Origin: Octopus bimaculoides
Lineage: Eukaryota
Length of the DNA stretch: 47,961 bases
Assembly (NCBI RefSeq): GCF_001194135.2
Contig: NC_068991.1
Coordinates: 15,456,770-15,504,730, forward strand
Reading direction: 5' to 3'
Numbering within the stretch: the stretch's first letter is position 1; every line of letters begins with the position of its first letter. The notes beneath the pieces are model-generated. The model was not told where the DNA came from. It did not search any database and saw nothing but the letters and a program-made list of their open reading frames with translations. The translations under genes and the position numbers were made by a program. Positions 35,981 to 47,961 of this stretch are shown here, in pieces.

Positions 35981-37073
35981 GTAAAAAAAATGGGGTTCAT
36001 CTGTATGATAGCCAATACCTGAAAGAGGAGCTTTGGAAAGCATGCTATTAAGTTATAATTTAGATAATATAAAATATATACATATATATTAAAGTTGACA
36101 TTGGAGCTCATTGCAACCCTGTGCCTCACTGGATCCTGTCAAACTATCCAACTCTTGCTAACATGGAAAACAGACTTTAAAGGATGATGATGATGATAAA
36201 TATATATATGTACATGTTTCGTGTCTCCTTGTCTTGACATTACATGATAGCTGTAAACAAGTGTCACTGTCACACAAGCAGTGTCATTTGTTTCCAATAA
36301 TTTGCACAAACATGTCTGACAATGAGGAAATGCTACCTTGCTTGAAAACCGATGAGAGCGTTTTCAGGATGGGTATCCAGCCGTAGAAACTCTGCCTCAG
36401 TAAGTTCCGTCTAACTCATGCAAGCATTGGAAAAGAAGACATTAAAAACTGATGGTGATACAAACACACACACACACACACACACACACTTGCTGCCAGT
36501 TATGCAAACCACAGTATTTGAAGGTCAACTGAATTTATGTTTTGACAAGACTAATAGTCAAAATATAAATACAATTACTGGAACAAAGAACAGTAGTAGT
36601 AGTAGTAGTAGTAGTCCTTTCTATTAAGGTACAACATGGCCTGAAATTTGGGGGCAGGAGAAAGTCCGATTACATCGATCCCCAGTACGTAACTGGTACT
36701 TATTTCATTGACCCTGAAAGGATGAAAGGCGAAATCGACCCTGATAACATTTGAACTCAGAATGTATAGGTGGACAGCATTTTTCCCTGCATGTCGATGA
36801 TTATGCCATTAATAATAATAATAATAATTCTTTAATAATAATGGTTTCAAATTTTGGCACAGAGCCAGCAGTTTTTGAGTGGGCTGGTCAGTCAATTACA
36901 TCAATCTCCAGGTGCACAGTGTGCCACATGTCAGGTGTCGAAGCGATCACAGAACAATGCGAGATGAAGTGTTTTGCTCAAGAACACTATGTATCACCCG
37001 GTCTAAGAACTGAAATCCTGATTACTAAATCATGAGTTCAACACCCTAACCACTAGGCCATGCACCCTCAGTA

Positions 37074-37135
<62 letters not shown>

Positions 37136-37139
<4 letters not shown>

Positions 37140-37612
37140 TACAGAAAATTGCACTACTGGGTACTGCACACATTCTACGCAAAACACTTTCAATACAGTA
37201 AACATAAGAGCACCACAGCAAACCACAGCACATACCCAAGGCGNNNNNNNNNNNNNNNNNNNNNNNNNNNNNNNNNNNNNNNNNNNNNNNNNNNNNNNNN
37301 NNNNNNNNNNNNNNNNNNNNNNNNNNNNNNNNNNNNNNNNNNNNNNNNNNNNNNNNNNNNNNNNNNNNNNNNNNNNNNNNNNNNNNNNNNNNNNNNNNNN
37401 NNNNNNNNNNNNNNNNNNNNNNNNNNNNNNNNNNNNNNNNNNNNNNNNNNNNNNNNNNNNNNNNACTGGGTACTGCACACATTCTACGCAAAACACTTTC
37501 AATACAGTAAACAAAAGAGCACCACAGCAAACCACAGCACATACCCAAGGCGCACAGAGCTGCGCTCGGTAGTGAAGTGAAAGCACGTTATAAAAATAAA
37601 AATAAAACTACT
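37136..37612 (+). mobile_element. R4/Dong-like 3' end embedded in (TAA)n; duplicated across gap
   Basis: NIQKIALLGTAHILRKTLSIQ* (37136-37201), then 3' UTR; (TAA)n on both sides. Confidence 0.7.
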
Positions 37613-37638
37613 GAATAATAATAATAATAATAATAATA

Positions 37639-37700
<62 letters not shown>

Positions 37701-37710
37701 CATCATTATT
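37613..37710. repeat. Abutting (AAT)n and (ATT)n runs (self-complementary)
   Basis: The R4-like tail meets the tail of an oppositely oriented SINE B. Confidence 0.85.
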
Positions 37711-37854
37711 CTTTCTACTGAAGGCACAAGGCCTGAAATTTGGTGGGAGGAGACTGGTCAATTACATCAACCCAAGTGTTTTACTGGTACTTAATTTATC
37801 AACCTCAAAAGGATTAAAGGCAAAGTCAACCTCAGCGGAATAATAATAATAATC

Positions 37855-38670
37855 ATCATCATCGTCGCTTAACGTCACTTAACGTCCGCTTTCCATGCTG
37901 ACATGGGTTGGACAGTTTGACTGAGGACTGGTGAGCCAGAAGCCTGCACCAGGCTCCAATCTGATCTGGCAAAGTTTCTACAGTTGGATGCCCTTCCTAA
38001 TGCCAACCACTCCAAGAGTGTAGTGGGTGCGTTTACGTGCCACCGGCACGAGGGCTAGTCAGGTGGTACTGGCAATGACCACTGGCAATGTGCACAGCAG
38101 CACTAACATCGGCCATGCTCAAATGTTGTTTCTCACATGCCACCGGCACATGTGCCAGTAAGGCAATGCTAGCAACGATCATGCTCAAATGGTGCTTCAT
38201 GTCAGCGATTTTGATTTTGATTTCACTTGCCTCAATAGGTCTTCGCATGCAAAGTCTATTGTCCAATGAATGAAGAGTACTCATAAGTGGGCTGGTTATA
38301 CACCACTGGCATAGGCCACGGGTTATGGTCTCACTTGGCTTGTCAGGTCTTCTCAAGCACAGCATATCTCCAAAGCTCTCGGTCACTAGTCATTGCCTCG
38401 TTGAGGCCCAATGTTCGAAGGTCATGCTTCACCACCTCATCCCAGGTCTTCCTGGATCTACCTGTTCCACAGGTTCCCACAACTGCTAGGGTGTGACACT
38501 TTTTCACACAGCTGTCCTCATCCATTCGCAACCTAGACCATACCAGCGCAGTCGTCTCTTTTGCACACCACATCTGATGCTTCTTAAGTCCAACTTTTCT
38601 CTCAGGGCGCTTACACTCTGTCATGTATGCACACTGACATTACACATCCAGCGGAGCATACTGGTTTCTT
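37855..38670 (-). mobile_element. 5'-truncated RTE LINE, same family
   Basis: Minus: ...RMDEDSCVKKCHTLAVVGTCGTGRSRKTWDEVVKHDL, then 3' UTR and (GAT)n. Confidence 0.88.
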
Positions 38671-38671
38671 G

Positions 38672-39190
38672 CCGTTTATTCAATTTTTTTTATATCCACT
38701 CTACTAATATGTGGTGTTGCAAAGTCACATTTTTTTCCTTTACAATCATATCTGGTCTCCTTAACTTAGTAGTATTGTCAGTCTTTATGGAGAAATTCCA
38801 TAAAATCTTGTAATTACTGTTCAGTATCACAGTATCTTGCTCGTGTTCACACAACTTTTCTGCTACTAATCTTGTTTGTGCTTATACTCTTTATATGCTA
38901 GCTTACTGCTTTTACTTCAGAGATGGTTAATACTTTCATCACTTTTTCTACAGATTCAGCATTTACTCTCTGACTTAGTTTTATCAATCTTTGCCTTTAT
39001 CAAATTAGTTCTAACGGCTTTCTACTGAGCAGCTATAATTTGAGATTCAATTTCTTGTTTCAAGTTTCGATCTGTCAGCCACAGCCAGCATTTATTTTTT
39101 ACTTCCAAAATCTTTTGTTTATTGCATGAATTGGCCGTGTTATTCCTTCTCTTTCCAATTATCTGTCTTGTTATTTTTCTGAAGTAGGCT
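38672..39190 (-). mobile_element. R4/Dong-like (RLE-clade) retrotransposon ORF remnant: zinc knuckle and restriction-like endonuclease start
   Basis: Minus: WKEKE*HGQF...LKQEIESQIIAAQ*KAVRTNLIKAKIDKTKSESKC*ICRKSDESINHL...ILWNFSIKTDNTTKLRRPDMIV; many stops. Confidence 0.75.
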
Positions 39191-39519
39191 GAAATTTGAA
39201 GGAGATTTGCCTGCTGATGCTAACAGGTTGAGTAACTATGTATCTTATTATTTGGCTCACTTCTTTGATTGGAAGGAGATGATTAAGTACAGCTGTTTGG
39301 ACACTAACAATTTGGCATGGCTAACTGGACATTCAACTTGGCATGGATGGGAATCACAGACACACACACACACACACACACACACATTCATGCATGTACG
39401 TGCATGCAGGAATATACATATAAACATATGTGTGACTGAGAGAGAAAGAGGGGGTGAGAGAGGGACAGAGACCTTATAATTGACTTATGATTACTTTGGT
39501 TTACTACGTCTTCTTCATT

Positions 39520-39927
39520 GGACACGAGACTCGGCTTGTGAAGACCTGTTGGGGCAAGCGAAGTGAAATCATGATGGCACCTGTGCCCAGCGTCGCCTTT
39601 CTGGCACTTGTACCAGTGGCATGTGTTAAGACATTCAAGTGAGATCATTGCCAGTGCTGCAGGACTGTGCAGGTTGCATGTAAAATGCACCATTTTGACC
39701 TTGGCCGTTGCCAGTACCTCCTGACTGGCCTTTGTGCCTGTGGCACGTAAAAGCACCTACTACACTCTCGGAGTGGTTGGCGTTAGGAAGGGCATCCAGC
39801 TATAGAAACTCTGCCAAATCAGATTGGAGCCTGGTGTCGCCTCCTGGTCCACCAGTCCTCAGTCAAATCGTCCAACCCATGCTAGCATGGAAAGCGGACG
39901 TTAAACGGTGATGATGATGATGATGAT
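39520..39927 (+). mobile_element. RTE 3' UTR fragment
   Basis: Shared tail core and (GAT)n. Confidence 0.85.
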
Positions 39928-40769
39928 CAACTCACTCCATTAACTAACTCTTTCATTAATGCATTCCTGCATTGACTCACTCTTTCATTGATTCCTTCCC
40001 CTATTGACTCACTCCATTCACTCACCGTTCTCATTCACTTGGCTCCTTCATTGATCCATAAACCTCAGATAGATCAAAGCTATCAGTACTTACTTAGAAG
40101 GAGAAACAATTACAAAATTATTCACTTCCTGGTATGAAGATGGTACTTATATAATTTTTTTTCTGTATGTATTATATTTTTTACTTTATTTTTTTTCTTG
40201 TGTTTATATGTATTCTGTATTTTTCTTTTTTGCATCTTGTATATGTTATTTGTTTTATATGTTTATATGTTATCTTATATTTTATTATGCATTTTATTTT
40301 CGAAGTTTAGTAAATGAAAACCGCATGGAAAAAAACTCCCACTTCATTTGGTTGAGCATTCAGCAGAATACCTTGTGATGTTTGGTGGCATCCACTTATA
40401 TATAAACAGGTGGTGGACCTCTTAAATCCCATTCTAATCAATTTTGCCTTTCCTCTGCATTCTCGGGCAGTTGATAAAGTAAGAGTACCAAGTTTGGGTC
40501 GATATAATTCAATATTTTTTTTATCTCTTCCCAACTCCTTCCTGGCCACTCCCACCCTCTCTTCTATAATCTGTATAGCTATATAAAGATGGCAAGCTGG
40601 CAGAATCTTTAACATGTCAGGTAAAATTTTGGTCACCTGTATGTTCTGAGTTCAAATTCCACTAAGGACCACTTTGCCTTTCATCCTTTCCAGTTTGACA
40701 AAGGGCTAAGATACCTGGCCATTGTCAAGAAAACCTGTACCCCGCAGCAGAAGTGTTAAGACCAATCCT

Positions 40770-41195
40770 GCTGGTGGCATAAGCACTCGTGATGGTGCCA
40801 TATAAAAGCGTCTGTATGGTGCCACGTAAAAGCACCCATGTGGCACCATGTAAACGCATCCATGCAGCGTCACATAAAAGTGCCTGTGCAGTGCCATGTA
40901 AAAGCGCCCATGTGACACCACATAAAAGTGCCCATGTGGTACCATGTAAAGGATCCTGTGTGGGTCACATTGCGCCCATGTAAAAGCTCCCATACGGTGT
41001 CACATAAAAGTGCCCATGTGGTGTCTTGTAAAAGCACCCAGCACACTCTGTAAAGTGGTTGACATTAGGAAGGGCATCCAGCCATAGAAACCATGCCAAA
41101 TCAGACTGGAGTCTGGTGCAGCTCCCCGGCTTGTCAGCTCTGGTCAAGCTGTCCAACCCATGCCAGCATGGACAATGGACGTTAGATGATGATGA
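40770..41195 (+). mobile_element. RTE-type 3' tail preceded by an expanded 24-bp minisatellite
   Basis: The array runs directly into AAAAGCACCCAGCACACTC...GGAAGGGCATCCAG...(GAT)n. Confidence 0.75.
40799..41045 (+). repeat. 24-bp minisatellite, ~10 diverged units (consensus ~CAYRTAAAAGYRCCCATGTGGYRY)
   Basis: Head-to-tail units without spacers; one irregular 34-nt unit. Confidence 0.85.
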
Positions 41196-41530
41196 TGATT
41201 ATGATGATAATGATTATGAACACTAGGATCGCTGTCATCGACCTGCCTCCTCCCCCGAAATTGTGCCTTGTGCCAAAATTTGAGACCAATATGTATAGCC
41301 ATGTAGCTCCTCTACAGCAAGAAATCTATTGTTTTAGTTCCATCTCTTATACATTAACCCCTACCCCCTACATCTAACATAAAGCTACCTCCCTTTCTGT
41401 TGTAGTGACACTCAGGACATCCTAGTCTTGCAAACTGCTGCATGACAACTTCACTAGTGCTGGTGCCAGGGGAAAAAAGCCTCCAGTACACACTGTAAAG
41501 TGTTTGGGTTAGGAAGGGCATCCAGTTGTA

Positions 41531-41657
41531 CAGGGTGTCCACAAAGTCTAGGTACATGGGGATTAACACATACTTTAAGAAATTATTATTTCTTATATTT
41601 AATTGTATATGTTATGATTTTATTTACTCCATGTACCCAGACTTTGTGGACACCCTG
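41531..41657. mobile_element. Tc1/mariner-type MITE (127 bp) inserted in an RTE 3' tail
   Basis: 29-bp TIRs CAGGGTGTCCACAAAGTCT(A/G)GGTACATGG; TA on both sides; interrupts the ...GGCATCCAG(C/T)TG-TA-GAA... tail motif. Confidence 0.85.
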
Positions 41658-42353
41658 TAGAAGCCATATCACGACTGACAATGTTGCATGATGCAGTCTT
41701 CCAACCTGTCAGATCTTGTCAAAATATCTGACCCATGCTAACATAGAACATGGATGTTAAACAATGATGACAAAGATGATTTTTCTAATCTCTTAGTGGC
41801 TTCAGCATCTTCTGTACAGGGTTTCTGATGTGAATTGTATCAATTCCAATTCTATAATTCTCGTTTTTCAACATGGCCATCAAAAGTTGAAAGGCAAAAT
41901 CCACACTTAGTATAAAGGAACATAACAAGAATGTATTTTTGCCTAATGGCCAACCAATTCCACCCACAAATATACAGTGTGTGTGTGTGTGTGTGTACTT
42001 TTTTATTAAAGCTGTAGAAACATCACAAAATTACTCAGAGTTTCGCATTTCTGTCATCAGAAATAAAACTGTGGTGATACATGTAATATATGATTTGATA
42101 TAATCTAATTTGATGAATAAGCATTTGAATTTGATTGGGTTATGACTGGGGAGAGTCAATTTCTTTTTGTGCTTTATAATTTAACACACTCACTGGTAAA
42201 ATTTCCACTTATTTCTTATTTCTATTTTCCTAATATTTTCATTGCGTCTTGCAACCTTTTCAATTGTCTTGATTGGGCTACTTATTTTCAAAATATAAAC
42301 GGTGTTATATTTTCTAATGGTTGGGAAGGTTGGGGGTGTATAAATTGAACAGT

Positions 42354-42519
42354 AGGAGTGGCTGTGTGGTAAGTAGCTTGCTTACGAACTGCATGGTTCT
42401 GGGTTCAGTCCCACTGCGTGGCACCTTAGGCAAGTGTCTTCTATTATAGCCTCGGGCCGACCAAAGCCTTGGGAGTGGATTTGGTAGACGGAAACTGAAA
42501 GAAGCCCATCGTATATATG

Positions 42520-42557
<38 letters not shown>

Positions 42558-42746
42558 AATGTTTGTGTGTCTGTGTTTGTCCCCCAACATCACTTGACAA
42601 CCGATGCAGGTGTGTTTACATCCCCATAACTTAGCAGTTCTGCTAAGTACTAGGCTTACAAAGAATAAGTCCTAGGGTCGATTTGCTCGACTAAAGGTGG
42701 TGCTCCAGCATGGCCACAGTCAAATGACTGAGACAAGTAAAAGAGT
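42354..42746 (+). mobile_element. SINE type A, near full length (tRNA-like head, internal TA/TG microsatellite, 3' body)
   Basis: TGGCTGTGTGG A-box-like and GGTTCAGTCCC B-box-like head; body ends CAAGTAAAAGAGTA; matches 22313-22706. Confidence 0.85.
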
Positions 42747-43114
42747 ATATATATATTATATTATATAATATCAATAAAAAAAACCTTGAGTGAAGAAGGG
42801 AGTAATGCATGTTCAATCTATACACCTCCAACCCATCCAACTGTTAACAAATACAACACCGTTTATGTTTTGAAAATAAGTTATCCAATGAAATTCAAAT
42901 GCTTATTCACCAAATTGGATTATACCAAATCAATTATTACATGTACCATTGCAATTTTGTTCCAGCCTTGATAACAACTGTCCAACAAATGGAAAAGTAA
43001 AACTCTGAGTAACAGTTTTATGATGTTTTTGCAGTTTTAATAAAAAAGCATATTACTCTACCTTTGGCATTCGAGTACTATTTTTTCCACCTTGTTTTGC
43101 ATTTATGTACTTAC

Positions 43115-43167
<53 letters not shown>

Positions 43168-43249
43168 TGTGTATGAATATGTATATATATGTATGCATGT
43201 ATGTATGTATGTATGTATGTATATATGTGTGTATATATATATATATGTA

Positions 43250-43294
<45 letters not shown>

Positions 43295-44179
43295 ATTACG
43301 ATGAACGTAAACAAACAAACGAAGTTTGCTTTTAGAAGCGTTGAGATGTCTTAGAAAGTTACAGAAGTGATTTTAAATTCTCAATCGCAGGATAATGCTA
43401 ATAATATAGCCTGAACAGGATAAACTACCCCTATGTGCTCATACACACTCATGCACATACACACTCATGCACATAAACACTCATGCACATACACGCACAT
43501 CTAGCTAAATATTTACACATATATATATAACCTTAGAGGTGCCACACAAATTTCTATTTACCAAATTTCATTTGTCTGGATTTGGTCAACTCAATGTAGA
43601 AGTTATGTGCCCAAGGTGCCATGCAGTGACACTTTGGGCAACCCATTCCTTGCATCCTCTCCACCCTATTGATATGATCCAGAGACAAACTGAGGCAAGA
43701 AATCCAGTACCCAAATTGGTAACAGAATCAGAGATGTGAGTGTGCCATGATGTCAGGTGTAAGCGAAATCATTCCCCAAAATGTCCAGTGCCATACCTGG
43801 CATATCTGGATTTATATCAGAGTGACCTCCAAGAGAGATGCTTTAACGAAAGCTGGGGTGTGCCTCACTCCTAGTGGTCATCCCAGCACACCAGACACCA
43901 ACTTGAAATTTCTGATGACCCCCATGTTATAGCTCAATGGTCATTGGACTTACCCTGAGTTTGTCCATCCTTTTCACAGGTCTTTTTTTAGTCCTGTTGG
44001 GTTTCTAGCGACCCTCCTCACCAAGCTACCCAGTGGTGTGTTGGGAACAGGGTGGGGGGGCAGATTAGTCACTGATGACCCAACCGTGCTCATCAGTGGT
44101 CGTACTGGGTCTCATCTTACCAAAAGCACTCATGAGAGACCTCACTAGTTACTTGACATATGTGTGCATATATTCTTTT

Positions 44180-44438
44180 ATTCTTTTGCATGTTTCAGTT
44201 ATTTGACTGCAGCCATACTGGAGCACCACCTTAAAGGGTTTTTTTTTAGTTGAAGAAATCGACCCCAGGACTTATTCTTTGTAAGCCCAGTACTTGTTTC
44301 ATCGGTCTCTTTTGCCGGACCGCTAAGATATGGGGACATAAACACACCAGTATTAGTTGTCAAACGATGGTGGGGGGATGAACACAGACATACACATAAA
44401 CATACACACACACACACACACATTCACACACACACACA

Positions 44439-44473
<35 letters not shown>

Positions 44474-44817
44474 GGAGCACTCTGTCAGTTACAACGAGGG
44501 TCTCAGCTAATATGATCAACAGAACAGCTTGCTCATGAAATTTACATGCAAGTGGCTGAGCACTCCACAGACACGTGTACCCCTAACATAGTTCCCAGGG
44601 AGATTCAGCGTGACACAGAGTGTGACAAGGCTGGACCTTTGAAATACAGGTACAGCTCATTTTTGCCAGCTGAGTGGACTGGAGCAACGTGAAATAAAGT
44701 GTCTTTCTCAAGGACACAGTGTGTCGCCGAGAATTGAATTCACGAGCTTACAATCATGAGTCGAATACTCTAAACACTAAGCCACACACCTTCACACACA
44801 CACACACACACACACTC

Positions 44818-44867
<50 letters not shown>

Positions 44868-45022
44868 AACAGGCTTCTTTCAGTTTCCATCTACCAAATC
44901 CGCTCACAAGGCTTTGGTCGGCCCAAAGCTATAGTAGAAAACACTTGCCCAAGGTGCCACACAACAGGACTGAACCTGGAACCATGTAGTCAGGAAGCAA
45001 ACTTCTTACCACACAGCCACAC
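44180..45022 (-). mobile_element. SINE type A with a type E SINE nested in its internal microsatellite
   Basis: A body 44180-44395, E 44478-44790, A head 44866-45022. Confidence 0.75.
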
Positions 45023-45920
45023 CTATATACATACATTTATGTATATACACATATATGAATGTGTTTGTATATTTGTATTTATTTTACACCTTTATTGTAT
45101 TTTATTTATTTTTATGTTTTTTTTTCATTTAAATTTTATTTCTGTTATTTATGTTTTTATGTGCTTTCATTTTCTTTTTCCACCTGTTTTTTTTTCTTTT
45201 TCTTTTTCTCAGCCTCATATTGTGTCCATGTCCAAATCATCTTCACCCTCAACAGCTCGTTATTCGCTAATTGCAAATAACTATTACGGTAATAATTATC
45301 ACGAAGATAGCGATGATGATGATGGTGGTGGTGGTGGTGGTATCGGTGTCAGTGGTGGTGGTGGTCATGGTAATAGTGGTGTCGGTGTTTGCAATGATGA
45401 TGATGTTGATGATGATGACAAGGATTACTTGCATATGAAAATATATCCTGTGTTTTAAAAGCACCTCCCCCCACCCCGAAAGAATTACAGGAAAAAAAGT
45501 AATTTAAAAGCAAAAAAAAAGAAGAAGAAAAAACATAAAATAGAATGAAGCATGAGGACGAGAAGACTGTCAATGATGATGATTCTGGTGATGATGATGA
45601 TGATGATGATGATGACTATGATGGTTACTGTTGCAATGGTGAAGACTATTTACTTATGAGGTTGTACCCTGGATTGTTAGACCCAGAAATAGATTTGGTG
45701 GGTGAGATTCAATAATGTGATGGTGGTGGTGGTTGGGTGGTGGTGGTGGTGGTGGTGGTGGTGATGGTGATGATGATGGTGGTGGTGGTGGTGGTGGTGG
45801 TGGTGGTGTGAAATGTAATTGTTTATGCAGAGAATGATGACGATGATGACGATGACGACAATGACTGATGATAATCTAAAAGTATTCTTCAAAGAAATGT
45901 AAGCATGAAAATACCACAAA

Positions 45921-45964
<44 letters not shown>

Positions 45965-46254
45965 ACACGCTCACAAATAAAACACACGTTAAATAATGAG
46001 AGTAACACTGCATGAGCAGCAGCGGTCACTTAGGGACAGTTGACTGTCCCCAGACATTAAAATATGCTTCAACACACGAATTCACATAAAGAATCTTGCA
46101 AACCAAATACATAATGAGGGGGTGCACCTCATGTGTATGTCAATATATATGTATATATATCATCATCATCATCATCATTATCGATTAACATCTGCTTTCC
46201 ATGCTAGCATGGGTTGGACGATTTGACTGAGGACTGATGAACCAGATGGCTACA

Positions 46255-46324
<70 letters not shown>

Positions 46325-46737
46325 GCAAGTGAGTGAACAAATAAAAAGAAAGTAATAACCCATAATCTAGCTGGAGTTACTCGTATTTGATAACAGGGAC
46401 TCAGCTCCACATTACTTCGAGTTTCATGGGTGTACAATATGTGTGTGGCGTGTGTGTGTGTGTCTATTTATATATAATGTGAAGTGACCAAAATGACACA
46501 TATAAAGTATGTTGTTAAGTTATATATTATCGCCATGATATGGTAACCACTTATTAGACATCTACCACCATTTTCGAACTCTAGGCAGATAACTTTCATA
46601 TGGATAGTCTGTTTCAAAACTTTTTAACGAACAGTCCTGAAGGGAATCACCCCTGGAAGTTGGTAAGAATGAATAGATGTCCTACGAGTGATAAATATCT
46701 TGGTATGGTGCACATACACACACACACACACACACAC

Positions 46738-46770
<33 letters not shown>

Positions 46771-47961
46771 NNNNNNNNNNNNNNNNNNNNNNNNNNNNNN
46801 NNNNNNNNNNNNNNNNNNNNNNNNNNNNNNNNNNNNNNNNNNNNNNNNNNNNNNNNNNNNNNNNNNNNNNNNNNNNNNNNNNNNNNNNNNNNNNNNNNNN
46901 NNNNNNNNNNNNNNNNNNNNNNNNNNNNNNNNNNNNNNNNNNNNNNNNNNNNNNNNNNNNNNNNNNNNNNNNNNNNNNNNNNNNNNNNNNNNNNNNNNNN
47001 NNNNNNNNNNNNNNNNNNNNNNNNNNNNNNNNNNNNNNNNNNNNNNNNNNNNNNNNNNNNNNNNNNNNNNNNNNNNNNNNNNNNNNNNNNNNNNNNNNNN
47101 NNNNNNNNNNNNNNNNNNNNNNNNNNNNNNNNNNNNNNNNNNNNNNNNNNNNNNNNNNNNNNNNNNNNNNNNNNNNNNNNNNNNNNNNNNNNNNNNNNNN
47201 NNNNNNNNNNNNNNNNNNNNNNNNNNNNNNNNNNNNNNNNNNNNNNNNNNNNNNNNNNNNNNNNNNNNNNNNNNNNNNNNNNNNNNNNNNNNNNNNNNNN
47301 NNNNNNNNNNNNNNNNNNNNNNNNNNNNNNNNNNNNNNNNNNNNNNNNNNNNNNNNNNNNNNNNNNNNNNNNNNNNNNNNNNNNNNNNNNNNNNNNNNNN
47401 NNNNNNNNNNNNNNNNNNNNNNNATATATATACTTATGTGTGTGTCGGTGTGGGTTTTATATATAAATATACCTATAGACAATCAAATTTTAACTGGAGA
47501 AGCACTCAATACACAAAGTGTATGACATTTATTTTCACTCAGAATATGTTGACATTGACCACAACGTTTTGCTGATAACATGTGTGTGTGTATGTATGTA
47601 TACGTGTGTGTGTGTGTATGTATACGTGTGTGTGTGTGTGTGTCTGAAGAGGGGTGTAGGTGGCTGGGTGGCGGAGCTACACAACATCATCACGTCACTG
47701 GAATTCGTCCACCCCAGTTCTGAGTTCAATTCTTTCCAGGGTCCAACTCACATTTGCAATTGTTAACAGCCAAAGGAATAAGTACCAGTAATATACTGTG
47801 GGTCATTCAATCATTTATTACCTTCCCCCTTCACCCCTACTTACCTCATACACAGTAACTGGTCTTTAACTAAATAATAAAAAAAAATAAAAGGAATTAC
47901 AATCACCATTGTTCCTAATTTTATTTTTTTGTTCTTGTGTGTGTGTGTGTGTGTGTATGTG

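Noticed and set aside
36013-36050. CUGAAAGA...GAAAGCAUGCUA hammerhead-like string
   Set aside because: Extra base in the core, and no stem I or stem II pairing.
37155-37552. Tandem duplications across gaps (also 25057-25138, 29740-29826)
   Set aside because: Near-identical overlaps on both sides of N-runs; most likely unmerged contig ends.
40799-41045. CRISPR-like array
   Set aside because: Units are contiguous with no unique spacers, there are no cas genes, and the context is a eukaryotic LINE UTR.
46632-46675. CUGAAGG...GGAAG decayed hammerhead-like string
   Set aside because: Two core substitutions and stem I out of register.

Overview
Eukaryotic, AT-rich, repeat-saturated draft-assembly DNA with ten N-gaps. 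The repeat landscape (tRNA-head SINEs with (GAT)n/(CAA)n tails, RTE LINE 3' ends, dense TA/CA/AAT/ATC microsatellites) looks like a cephalopod, probably Octopus; this is an inference, not verified. There is no prokaryotic gene structure, and almost all ORFs in the supplied track are artefacts of microsatellites, gaps or repeats. The only convincing host coding sequence is two + strand phase-0/phase-0 exons (17293-17736 and 26273-26869) with canonical splice sites. Each encodes one copy of the same unnamed ~116-aa domain (gapless, 66/116 identical by hand count). The rest is intronic or intergenic: at least six modular SINE types, RTE and R4/Dong-like LINE remnants, Tc1/mariner remnants, piggyBac-, hAT- and mariner-type MITEs, and many local inverted duplications. 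The most notable non-coding signal is a pair of inverted arms across the 12795-12920 gap, each carrying a Penelope-type minimal hammerhead ribozyme motif; a decayed hammerhead sits inside another inverted duplication at 18087-18313. SINE and LINE boundaries are read by eye and are approximate (about +/-10-20 nt); exon, MITE and hammerhead coordinates were counted base by base.
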